From: an uncultured delta proteobacterium
GTDB taxonomy: Bacteria > Desulfobacterota > Binatia > Binatales > Binataceae
DNA length: 64,000 nucleotides
Direction: 5' to 3'
Assembly: GCA_963724765.1 (NCBI GenBank)
Contig: CAVRVY010000001.1
Coordinates: 416,001 to 480,000, forward strand
Shown: in pieces, positions 50,393-58,869 of the stretch
How the letters are laid out: the number at the start of each line of letters is the position of its first letter
Numbering within the stretch: the first letter of the stretch is position 1
Notes under the pieces: generated by a model
Databases searched by the model: none
What the model was told of the DNA's origin: nothing
What the model saw: the letters and a program-made list of their open reading frames with translations, nothing else
Made by a program: the position numbers and the translations under genes

Positions 50393-50686
50393 GTGGACTG
50401 GTCGAGCATCGGCGTATTCGTCGCGGCGGCGCTGAGCTTCGCCGGGCTGAACCTCGGCGCTCTCAAGTGGCTGCTCGATCGCCATGATTCCGCGGCCAGC
50501 AAAACCGAGGATCAGATCGCCGAACTGATCAAGGGTATGTACGAGCTGAGAGCCAATCTACCGCTTGAATACGTCAGGCGCGAAGATTGGCTCCGGTTCG
50601 GCGCGACGTTGGACGCAAAAATGGATGCGATGCGCGCCGAGATGCGCGAGTGGATTGCGGAGTTGAAAAGGACCAGCAATGTCTGA
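50393..50686 (+). CDS. Mu gp25-position membrane/coiled-coil protein
   Basis: N-terminal TM, LP.EYVRRED motif, position before the gp26/27-like genes. Confidence 0.7.
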   Translation: MDWSSIGVFVAAALSFAGLNLGALKWLLDRHDSAASKTEDQIAELIKGMYELRANLPLEYVRREDWLRFGATLDAKMDAMRAEMREWIAELKRTSNV

Positions 50687-50990
50687 CGCATTCGACCTCG
50701 AACAGAAGCAACGGGAAGCCGCGCGATGGCGCGTGCTGCGCGTGCTTGACGCAGGCCGTCCGATCGGCGTCAGCGATGCGATTATCTGGCGCGTGCTGAA
50801 CGATATCCAGATTCCCTTTTCGGTAAACCAGATCAGGCGCGAACTGACTTATCTGCGCGACCTTCGGCTGATCGAAATCGAGGAAATTGGATCTGACTGG
50901 ACCGCCAAGTTGACCGCGACCGGCGTGGACGTCGTCGAATATACAATCGCCGCGCCGCCCGGGATCGCGCGGCCGAAGAAATACTGGTAA
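50679..50990 (+). CDS. Mu gp26-like winged-helix protein
   Basis: RW..LR.L, RREL.YL, LTA.G.DV. Confidence 0.75.
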   Translation: MSDAFDLEQKQREAARWRVLRVLDAGRPIGVSDAIIWRVLNDIQIPFSVNQIRRELTYLRDLRLIEIEEIGSDWTAKLTATGVDVVEYTIAAPPGIARPKKYW

Positions 50991-50993
50991 GCC

Positions 50994-51524
50994 ATGCCGG
51001 CGCGCTCAAAAATCTCGCGCCTGCCGGAGGACATGCGCGGAAGGCTCAACGGGCGACTCATCGCGGGCGGATTCAGCGACTACAAGTCTCTCGCGCAGTG
51101 GCTGGCCGATGAGGGCTACGAGATCAGCCGATGCGCGGTGCAGCGCTATGGCGCGAAGCTTGAAGAGCGGCTCGAAGCGGTCAAGATCGCGACCGAACAG
51201 GCGCGCGCGATCGTCGAAGTCTCGCCCGACCGCGAAGGCGCGATGAGCGACGCGCTGATGCGCCTGGTGCAGGAGAAGTATATCGAGCTGCTCGTCGCGC
51301 TCGATACCGCCGACGTTGACGTGCTCAAGAAGATCGCGCATCCAGTGGCCAATATGGTGCGCGCGTCGGTTAATCAAAAGCGGCTGATGCAGCAGATGCG
51401 CGAGAAGCTTGCCGATCAGCTCAAGACCGCCGGCCAGAAAGTCGCCGAAGCTGCCAGCCAGGGCGGACTGTCTCCGGACGCCGAGAAAAAGATTCGCGAC
51501 GCGCTGCTGGATATTCGCGTATGA
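50994..51524 (+). CDS. DUF3486 / Mu gp27 putative small terminase
   Basis: RSKI..LP, ISR.AV.RYG, C-terminal GLS. Confidence 0.85.
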   Translation: MPARSKISRLPEDMRGRLNGRLIAGGFSDYKSLAQWLADEGYEISRCAVQRYGAKLEERLEAVKIATEQARAIVEVSPDREGAMSDALMRLVQEKYIELLVALDTADVDVLKKIAHPVANMVRASVNQKRLMQQMREKLADQLKTAGQKVAEAASQGGLSPDAEKKIRDALLDIRV

Positions 51525-51814
51525 GCAAGCTCGGGCCTTTCCTTCGCAAAGCTCAAGACCGATATCTGCACTTCTGTCCCGCCTGCGAAGAGGTGCATCC
51601 TATCGGACTGTCCTGGACCTTCGACGGCAATCTTGAAGCGCCCACCTTCGCCCCGAGCGTACGTCATACCATCTATCCGCTCAGTACCACGCCAGCGGCT
51701 CCGCGCATTTGTCACTACTTTATTCGTGCCGGGCGCATTGAGTTTTGCGGCGATTGTACGCATGAGTTCGCGGGCAAGATTGTACCGCTTGTGCCGCTAC
51801 CGGTGCCGCCATGA
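51521..51814 (+). CDS. DUF6527-like Cys/His protein
   Basis: CP.C...H, W.FDGN...PTF.PS, CH.FI..G.I.FC.D.TH. Confidence 0.65.
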   Translation: MSKLGPFLRKAQDRYLHFCPACEEVHPIGLSWTFDGNLEAPTFAPSVRHTIYPLSTTPAAPRICHYFIRAGRIEFCGDCTHEFAGKIVPLVPLPVPP

Positions 51815-53346
51815 GTGAACTGTCATCGGTGCTGCTGCCGTATCAGCGGAAGTGGATTGCCGACACCGCGCCGATCAAGGTCTACGAGAAATCCCGGCGT
51901 ATCGGTATCACCTGGAGCGAGGCGGCTGACTGCACGCTCACGGCGGCCGGGCGCGACGGGATGGATACCTGGTACATCGGCTATAACAGAGAGATGGCGC
52001 TCGAGTTCGTCGAGACGGCCGCCGGATGGGCGAAGCGGTTCAAGCGCGCCGCCGAAGCGATCGAGGAAGAAATAATTAAGGACGAGGATAAAGACATCCT
52101 CGCTTATCGGATTCGCTTTTCGTCCGGCCACAAGATCGTCGCGCTCAGCTCACGGCCGTCGAACCTGCGCGGCAAGCAGGGCCGCGCGGTGATCGACGAG
52201 GCGGCTTTCCATGAGGACTTGCCCGAGCTGCTCAAGGCAGCGCTCGCGTTTACGGTCTGGGGCGGCCGGGTGCATATCATCTCGACCCACAACGGCGCCG
52301 ACAACCCGTTCAATGAGCTGGTAACCGACATCCGCGCCGGCAGGAAGCCCTATTCGCTACATCGCACGACGCTCGACGATGCGCTCGGCGAGGGTCTCTA
52401 TCGCGCAATCTGCCGAGTGCTCAAAAGAGACTGGACCGGCGATGCGGAAAAAGAATGGCGCGCGCAGGTCTTCGCCGATTATGGCGACTACGCCGATGAG
52501 GAATTACTGTGCGTCCCGCGCGCCAGCTCGGGAGCCTTCCTGCCGTCGACGCTAATCGAAAGCCGAATGCGCGAAGAAATCCCGGTCGCTCGCTTCGACA
52601 TGACTGCGATGTCGATGACCTTTATTGAGCGCGGCCAGGACGCGTTGCGCCGGACGGCCGAGGACTGGTGCGAAGAGCATTTGAAACCGCTTTTAGGGCG
52701 GCTTAATACGGGCCTGATGAGCTGCTTCGGCGAGGACTTCGGGCGCTCGGGCGACCTCACCGTGATATGGACGTTGCAGATAGGCCAGGGGCTCATGCGA
52801 CGCACGCCGTTCGTGGTCGAGCTCCGCAACGTGCCCTTCAAGCAGCAGGAACAGGTCCTTTTCTACATCGCCGACCGGCTTCCGCGGTTCATTGCCGGGG
52901 CGATGGACGCTCGCGGCAATGGCCAGTACCTGGCTGAGCAGGCCGCGCTGCGTTATGGTTCGCGCGTCGAGCAGGTGATGCTCTCGACCGAGTGGTATCG
53001 CGACAATATGCCGCGCTATAAGGCCGCTTTCGAGGATGGCGGTATCGAGCTGCCGAAAGACGCCGACATCCTGGCGGATCATCGGGCGTTGGTGATGGAA
53101 CGCGGCGTGGCTAGGATTCCGGAGGGCCGGCGTGGCCGCGGTCACGATGGCGGCCAGCGGCACGGTGACTCGGCGATCGCCGGCGCTCTCGCCTTTTACG
53201 CCAGCACCCTCAACCCGGCGCAGTATGCCTACACGCCGGCGCCAGCGGCACGTCGTCGCGTCGATGAATCGGCGCCGGATGATGAAGAGCAGGGGCGTCG
53301 CGATCCATTCTGGCGTCGTCTGGGCGGTCGACTGCGTGCCAGCTGA
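51811..53346 (+). CDS. Mu gp28-like terminase large subunit
   Basis: LLPYQ, EKSRRIG.TW, IDEAAFH, IISTHNG, G.DFGR.GD, RHGDSA. Confidence 0.93.
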   Translation: MSELSSVLLPYQRKWIADTAPIKVYEKSRRIGITWSEAADCTLTAAGRDGMDTWYIGYNREMALEFVETAAGWAKRFKRAAEAIEEEIIKDEDKDILAYRIRFSSGHKIVALSSRPSNLRGKQGRAVIDEAAFHEDLPELLKAALAFTVWGGRVHIISTHNGADNPFNELVTDIRAGRKPYSLHRTTLDDALGEGLYRAICRVLKRDWTGDAEKEWRAQVFADYGDYADEELLCVPRASSGAFLPSTLIESRMREEIPVARFDMTAMSMTFIERGQDALRRTAEDWCEEHLKPLLGRLNTGLMSCFGEDFGRSGDLTVIWTLQIGQGLMRRTPFVVELRNVPFKQQEQVLFYIADRLPRFIAGAMDARGNGQYLAEQAALRYGSRVEQVMLSTEWYRDNMPRYKAAFEDGGIELPKDADILADHRALVMERGVARIPEGRRGRGHDGGQRHGDSAIAGALAFYASTLNPAQYAYTPAPAARRRVDESAPDDEEQGRRDPFWRRLGGRLRAS

Positions 53347-53415
53347 TGCCCGGCGAGGTGAGAGTATTTGCCACATCCGAAGCGGCGTCGGCCCGCGAAC
53401 CTAATTGAATCTCCG

Positions 53416-53781
53416 ATGTCGAAAAACAAGAAATCGAAACGCGGTAAGCTTTGGAAAGCGTCGCCGCTGCCTACAGATCAGCATCCACCGGCATGGCTGA
53501 ACGGCGACCTTCGAGGGCTAGATCCCGGCATCCGCAAAGCCGTCGAACGGCTCCAAGCCGAAGGGATCGAAACGTTCGAGTCCTGCGAAGGCGGCCCGGG
53601 GCACTCCTACCCAGAGCCGAGCGTCAGGTTTTACGGAACGCCCGAAGCGGGCTGGCGCGCTGTCGGTGTCTGCCTAGCCTACGGGCTGCCGATCCTGTTC
53701 CTGCGGCGCATCTGGTCCATACTGGACGGCAACGAGCCGAACGGACCGCATTGGGAAATCGTATTTAGAGCACGCAATTAG
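53416..53781 (+). CDS. Hypothetical protein (LD.GI...V..L...GI.T..SCEG motif)
   Basis: Open ORF after terL. Confidence 0.65.
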   Translation: MSKNKKSKRGKLWKASPLPTDQHPPAWLNGDLRGLDPGIRKAVERLQAEGIETFESCEGGPGHSYPEPSVRFYGTPEAGWRAVGVCLAYGLPILFLRRIWSILDGNEPNGPHWEIVFRARN

Positions 53782-53951
53782 CCCAGCTTGATGCACTCAT
53801 CGCAGCGCGGCTTGCCCCCGGTCGAGTTGCGAATGAGGTGTTGTGGCTTAATGCGCTTCCCATATGGGCAATCGTCGTGATCGTGGTAAACGTTCCGGTG
53901 GCTGGGCGGATACTCCATCGAGTTCGTATGATACGAGGCTACCTTGGCCAT
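53778..53951 (-). CDS. Small His/Cys metal-binding protein
   Basis: RBS AGGAGG; YH....C..G...C..C. Confidence 0.6.
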   Translation of the reverse strand: MAKVASYHTNSMEYPPSHRNVYHDHDDCPYGKRIKPQHLIRNSTGGKPRCDECIKLG

Positions 53952-54036
53952 CGTTCGTGCCTCCTGGTAGAAGCGATTCTTATGACCTTGCCAGCGACAT
54001 TTCGAAGCGAAATCACCCATTTCTTGAGTTTCAAGT

Positions 54037-54151
54037 TAGTTTAAAGTTAGGAAATTGCGAAAATCACGTAACTATATAAATTATCAGCGATTTTTTGTAA
54101 CTTTAAACTCGATCAGGCAGTTGGGGATGGTTTGATCTTTAGTTTAAAGTT
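54037..54151. repeat. AT-rich region with three AGTTTAAAGTT copies
   Basis: Copies at 54038 (+), 54099-54109 (-) and 54141 (+). Confidence 0.8.
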
Positions 54152-54320
54152 CGCCGGATTGACATCTGAATGCTTGCGTTAGCGACGGTAAGCGACGACG
54201 CAAAATTAAGGACCCTCCGCCCTCCTGAGCTCCCATTCGGTTGCCGAAAACCCTGAATAATCCTTTTGTTCGGCGCATAAAGGCGCGGCAAGGCTCGCCT
54301 CATCTCGGTTGCCCCGGAGA

Positions 54321-54344
54321 GATCAAACCATCCCGTTCCCCCCA
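54321..54344 (-). repeat. Right terminus of the Mu-like element
   Basis: Reverse complement TGGGGGGAACGGGATGGTTTGATC aligns with left end TGGAGCGGCTTGGATGGTTTGATC; an extra internal copy lies at 54125-54137. Confidence 0.85.
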
Positions 54345-54675
54345 ACGACGCTCAGACCAGCTTATCACCGCTCAGGCAGTCGAGATTCCGGCGGGAAGTT
54401 CCCGACCGCAGTCTCTTAATTCCGACAGCATTCGATTTTGAGCGGCGGGGCCGGGTGATTATCGCGATGGGGGTGTAGATAAATACTGGTACCACTCGGT
54501 ATCAATGCACTCACGCGACTGAAGGCCACCAAGCCCGCGTTCGCCAAGGCTTGATCCGTATCGAGCGCAACCAAGTGCGCGGGCTCATCGTATCTGTCAC
54601 CAAAGCACTGGACATCGTTCGGAACGCATCTGCCTGAGGCAATCAGGGCGGCGCTCGGCCAAGGAAGACCCAGAA

Positions 54676-54954
54676 GTGGAATATCGTCTACCCTTTGGGG
54701 GTCTGGCGTTCTACGAAGACGCCCTGTTGGACCTTTTTCAGAAATACCCGCCGTCGTCTTCCCTGATCTCGGTCACGATTCACGAAGCCGGCAGGGGCGT
54801 GGGCACCTATACAGTCCATCACGCGTGGCCACCAGGCAGCTGGAGCGCTGCCGACATCGCCAAGTTTATCGCTCGCAAGATCTGGCAAGCGTATACAGCT
54901 CACGCCAGGCAGGCGTTTGATAGCGTGACGATCGAGTTTTCGACGTCCGGTTGA
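54676..54954 (+). CDS. Hypothetical protein
   Basis: ORF with AAGGAAG upstream; no family recognised. Confidence 0.4.
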   Translation: MEYRLPFGGLAFYEDALLDLFQKYPPSSSLISVTIHEAGRGVGTYTVHHAWPPGSWSAADIAKFIARKIWQAYTAHARQAFDSVTIEFSTSG

Positions 54955-54959
54955 CCTTG

Positions 54960-55135
54960 GCGGCAGCGCGCAGCTTGCGCTCGGGGATCTTGCGCGCGCC
55001 TCCTCGACTACCAGCTTCGACCGGCGTTGCACCCTCGGCCACCATCGCCCGCTGATCGTCGCTCAAGTTGCGGGGCCGAGTTGGTTCTCTTCGATCCCCA
55101 GCTTGGCGAGCAGGGCCTTGCGCGCGAACTCGCGT
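54960..55135 (-). pseudogene. Fragment of a phage/ICE ParB-like protein
   Basis: Manual translation REFARKALLAKLGIEENQLG, frameshift, RNLSDDQRAMVA resembles the W...NQLGRRNL...QR motif. Confidence 0.5.
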
Positions 55136-55373
55136 CAGGCTTCGTCTATGCCCAGCACCTCAGCCAGAGGGCGTGCTTCTCTGTACCGGCCCAGCCGACC
55201 AGCAGGAGTGCAGCGGCGTCGGCTTTCGTGCCGCTTTAGGTCGGCGCTTTCGGGTCGATTGGCGAGGTGCGACACGGCTACATGCGGTGCATACTTGCCA
55301 CGATTGAAAGATGACCTCCCAGATTTAGGCGTTAATATGCGAGTTACTATTAGGAAATTTACAGGCTTTCGCG

Positions 55374-55389
55374 TGGCACGCGAATTGCT
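55374..55389 (+). promoter_or_regulatory. Sigma54 (-24/-12) promoter
   Basis: TGGCACGCGAATTGCT, canonical GG-N10-GC, 60 bp upstream of the tadG-like ATG. Confidence 0.8.
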
Positions 55390-55449
55390 GCGGCTGACGG
55401 TCGGAAATCCTTGTTCGCCGATTTCAGGGGAGGGTCATCCTTGGAGGGT

Positions 55450-56448
55450 ATGAAGATGATCAGCATCTGCCGCGGCCAGATAGCCGCTCTGTATGCCGTC
55501 ATACTTGTGACCCTGGTCGGCGCGATCGCTCTCGGTACCGATGTCGCAGCGATGTACGTTAACTGGCAGCACATGCAAAAGGTCGCGGATGCTGCTGCGT
55601 TGGCCGGCGCGAATTATCTCGCCGGATACACCTTTAGCGGCACAGCCGCCTCCGGTTGTGGTAGCGAGTCGGACGCAGCGAAAACAGCCGCCTGCACGTA
55701 TGCCTCTAACAATGGATTGGCCGCGGCCGGTCTTACCATCAACGAGCCGACCGCAACAACCATTCGTGTGGTGGCGCAAGAAACCGGTCTTCCCTACTAT
55801 TTCGGGAAGGTGCTCGGCCTCAACACGTATACTGTATCGGCAGGCGCCACCGCTACGGCAGGCGGGCCAATTGGTACCGTTACCCAAGGTCTGTTCCCGG
55901 TGGGACTTCAATGCACCGCCCCATGCAGTCTATCAAGTCTTGATCCAGGGCAATCCGTGTCGTTCGGCTCGAAGTTTGTCGGCGGTCTCGCGCCGGGTAA
56001 CTGGCAGTGGCTGGGTCTCGGGGGAGAAGGCGCTTCCACTCTGGGCAGCAACATCGAGTATGGTGCGACGAGCTCCTACACAATCGGCCAAACCATCAAC
56101 TCGTCACCTGGCAACAAAGGCAATTCGGGGCCTGTGAAGAGTGGTTTGGCGGCCAGGTTAAGCAGTTGCGAATCCATCTCTGATCCGTGCACCAGCGGTG
56201 GCGGGAACTCGAATAATATTCCGCCCGGCGATCCATGCCTGGTAGTCGTGCCGGCGGTTGACTATAGCGGGTGCACTGGGAACTGCACCTTGACGATCGA
56301 AGGGTTTGCCGAGATATACCTGGAGCCAGCCACCACCACCAGCACCAACATCAACGGATGTTTCGTGTCGGCAGTCGTCCCTAATACAATAGCATCTTCG
56401 TCGGCGCCGGCGCTGGGAGCATTGCAGGTACCCGTTCTGATCCAGTAG
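55450..56448 (+). CDS. TadG-like pseudopilin/adhesin
   Basis: RGQ + hydrophobic helix, Q..ADAAALAGA, Cys-rich C-domain. Confidence 0.85.
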   Translation: MKMISICRGQIAALYAVILVTLVGAIALGTDVAAMYVNWQHMQKVADAAALAGANYLAGYTFSGTAASGCGSESDAAKTAACTYASNNGLAAAGLTINEPTATTIRVVAQETGLPYYFGKVLGLNTYTVSAGATATAGGPIGTVTQGLFPVGLQCTAPCSLSSLDPGQSVSFGSKFVGGLAPGNWQWLGLGGEGASTLGSNIEYGATSSYTIGQTINSSPGNKGNSGPVKSGLAARLSSCESISDPCTSGGGNSNNIPPGDPCLVVVPAVDYSGCTGNCTLTIEGFAEIYLEPATTTSTNINGCFVSAVVPNTIASSSAPALGALQVPVLIQ

Positions 56449-56460
56449 TGGGAAAGTTCT

Positions 56461-57000
56461 ATGGTCAACCGATATGATGCGAAGCAGAGTGCCAGCGTAA
56501 ACAACTATTCGCCGGCGGCAATGACGGTGCTCCGGCGGAGCTCCGGATCGCGTCTGCCCAGGAGCAGAATCAGCCGGGGGCAGGCGGCGGCTGAATTCGC
56601 GCTGATTGCGCCCGTCGTGATAATTGTGATGCTGGTTGGCGTGCAGTTTGCGCTGATCGGCCAGGCGGCTTTGGCGCTTAGCCAGGGAGCATCCGCGCTC
56701 GCGCGCTATGCCGCGGTGAATCCCGGAGTGGTAGGTTCGAATGGCACGGTCACTTTGACCGCCCCGATAAAACAGTTATTGTCCTCTTCCATCCTTAGCC
56801 ACGGCGGCGATGATCTCACTGTGACGATCGCTTCGTATTCGGGGACCACAACCACCACCACCAATTCACCGCAATACACCGATCGGCTTGTCGTTAGTCT
56901 AAGCTACAACGCCGCCAGTAAGATCGCACTGCCGAACCCATTCTTCGGGGTTAGCTTCCCAACCGCCCTGAGCGCGTCGGACTCACAAATGTACGAGTGA
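56461..57000 (+). CDS. TadE-like pseudopilin
   Basis: RGQAAAEFALIAP...ARYAAV; start could be 56521. Confidence 0.88.
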   Translation: MVNRYDAKQSASVNNYSPAAMTVLRRSSGSRLPRSRISRGQAAAEFALIAPVVIIVMLVGVQFALIGQAALALSQGASALARYAAVNPGVVGSNGTVTLTAPIKQLLSSSILSHGGDDLTVTIASYSGTTTTTTNSPQYTDRLVVSLSYNAASKIALPNPFFGVSFPTALSASDSQMYE

Positions 57001-57331
57001 ATGGGAGAACGCGGACCCTGCGCGGCTATGAGGACCTGCTCGAGGCAGCGGCTCAGTCTGACACGCGAAGCCCTTTGACATCGCGTCGCGGACTATGAAG
57101 CAGGTCGGACAGCGCGCCTGGACGCGCCGGCGATTTTCGCTCGCCTCAAAGCCGCGCCTGCGCAGTGCGCCTACGCTCTTCGTTTCGACCACCAACCGCT
57201 CCTCGCTTTTACGTCGTTTACTTTCGAAAGTAATGGCCCACGACATCGACTTATGAGCACGATTGCGTTCGCGGACCTTGGCTCGACGCTTCATCTCGGT
57301 TCGCCATTCTCTCGACGGCCGCCAAGCGCAC

Positions 57332-57405
57332 GAGCCGTTAGCTCAGGCGGGTAGAGCATCTGTCTTTTAATCAGAGGGTCCTGATTCGAGTCCCGGACGG
57401 CTCAC
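57332..57405 (+). pseudogene. Degenerate full-length copy of tRNA-Lys(TTT)
   Basis: Near-identical to 43618-43691, with a D-loop C>G, an anticodon-stem A>T and a broken T-stem (CCCGGG>CCTGA). Confidence 0.88.
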
Positions 57406-57526
57406 TCCAAAATTCCGCGGCTCGGCTGAATTCAGCGACCCGGCAAAATTTAGCGGCTGGGAATGAACTTGAACCAAGGTCTTCGCTCGATTCGCTCGAA
57501 CGACACCTTGCGGACACATTTGCTGT

Positions 57527-57742
57527 TCAGGCGCTGGTCAGGTCGCTATTGAGGCCACTGCCCAGAACCACCGCGCTTTTCCCGATGGACTCGTATGCCG
57601 CGAAAGCCGCTATCGAGAGCGACGCAAAAATAAGAGCGTATTCGGCCAATGTCTGACCGCTCGGGGTCTCGCGTAACCTAATATACGACTTAAGCACGCG
57701 ATCGTTCACGCTGCGTGGCGTAAAACTTTTTTTCTTGAACAT
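57527..57742 (-). CDS. flp: Flp family type IVb pilin
   Basis: GQTLAEYALI followed by a hydrophobic helix. Confidence 0.85.
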   Translation of the reverse strand: MFKKKSFTPRSVNDRVLKSYIRLRETPSGQTLAEYALIFASLSIAAFAAYESIGKSAVVLGSGLNSDLTSA

Positions 57743-58192
57743 AGATTCATCTTAGGATCGCAGTAGCAATAGGTGTCAATCAGAAACCTTCAGGAACTCC
57801 TGACTGGCGTAATGCGCTCGCATGAATGTGGAATAGGCGGGCCAAGCTGAGAACAGGCATCCATAACTTCAATCGGAGATCGTTGGGGAAACGGCGCCAT
57901 CCCAAACCAGGGGTAGTGGGAAACAGAGCCGCGCGCTCGCTCTGTCGAAACGTCCACGCCCTTCGGTGCAAAAAATGCGCGTGACCATAGGCGGTGAGTG
58001 CTCTAGTCGCAGTGGCCTTTTTTGAACAAGGGTCAAAATGTTCTCTGGGAGACCAAAATGCCTGTGTTCCTTAATTTGATGACCTACGCGAGGGCCGCAA
58101 GATGCGCGTTGGTACCTCGATCAATCGCTCGCGCGATGCCATCAGTGGAAGGCACAGAAAGGCAGACGGGACGTGCAGTCGAGACATTCGAT

Positions 58193-58232
58193 AAGAAAAG
58201 AAAAAGCCCCCGAATCGGCTCCGAGGGCTTTT
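58193..58232 (-). terminator. Rho-independent terminator of the flp gene
   Basis: AAAAGCCC...GGGCTTTT hairpin with a long U-rich tail on the minus strand. Confidence 0.75.
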
Positions 58233-58271
58233 GGACCTGCTTTGCCACAGGTCCCAACGATTGAGAGGTCT

Positions 58272-58469
58272 TTACGCGTTGGTCAGAGCGGAATCGACGC
58301 CACTGGCGAGCGAACCGATGTTGTTGCCCAGCGCACGGTAGGTGCCGTAAACCACGACCGCGATGGCCGCCAGGATGAGCGCGTATTCCGTCATGGTCTG
58401 GCCACGAGTGTTGCGAACCACGGACTCACGCGCGCGGATGAACATCTTCGTCACTGCTTCCATTTTCAT
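58272..58469 (-). CDS. flp: Flp family type IVb pilin
   Basis: RGQTMTEYALI; RBS AAGGAG. Confidence 0.9.
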   Translation of the reverse strand: MKMEAVTKMFIRARESVVRNTRGQTMTEYALILAAIAVVVYGTYRALGNNIGSLASGVDSALTNA

Positions 58470-58869
58470 ATCTCCTTTTTTAACGCCCATTTTGGGCACC
58501 GTTGAGGCTATACTTTTTGCTTTGTCTTGTCTAGAGATGAAAATAACTTAATCCGCATCTCAAAGCAACTCTTAACGTCTATAGAGTCTGTTGTGTTTAT
58601 TGCCGTCTTTGTCTAGCAATCATTATCAAAACTGTACGGCGACAGGACACCATTCCTCGAGCGCTGGTTGTCGGTTCAATCGCTCAGGCCAGCATTAGAG
58701 GACCAGCGGGGCCTCAAGCGACCACATGATCGGGCCTTAGTTGACGAGCCGGGGGGAACAACGGTTCTCTATCAACTGCTACTTCGATCTGCCCTGACCA
58801 AGGCGGTGAACATCTTGTGCCGAATGCCGCGGGCAGCGTCAGCGAAACGTTTCGCTGGAGGAAGAACAG

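Larger units (their letters stand above)
43802..54344. mobile_element. Mu-like transposable prophage derivative (internally deleted and inverted)
   Basis: TG at 43802 and CA at 54343-54344; ACGAC at 43797-43801 and 54345-54349; GGATGGTTTGATC in the same register at both ends; Mu-type gemA, mor, DUF3486, terL, DUF935 and F genes. Confidence 0.9.

Noticed and set aside
54165-54250. Possible c-di-GMP-I riboswitch (GACGCAAA...CGGTTGCCGAA)
   Set aside because: The 5' GGCAAA P1 strand is missing, the P2 stem is imperfect, and it lies within the phage end with no directly downstream gene; an Infernal search against RF01051 would be needed.
43695-57331. Whole tRNA-to-tRNA interval as a single integrase-type prophage
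   Set aside because: No integrase is present, and the phage genes are bounded by their own TG/CA ends and 5-bp duplication at 43802-54344.
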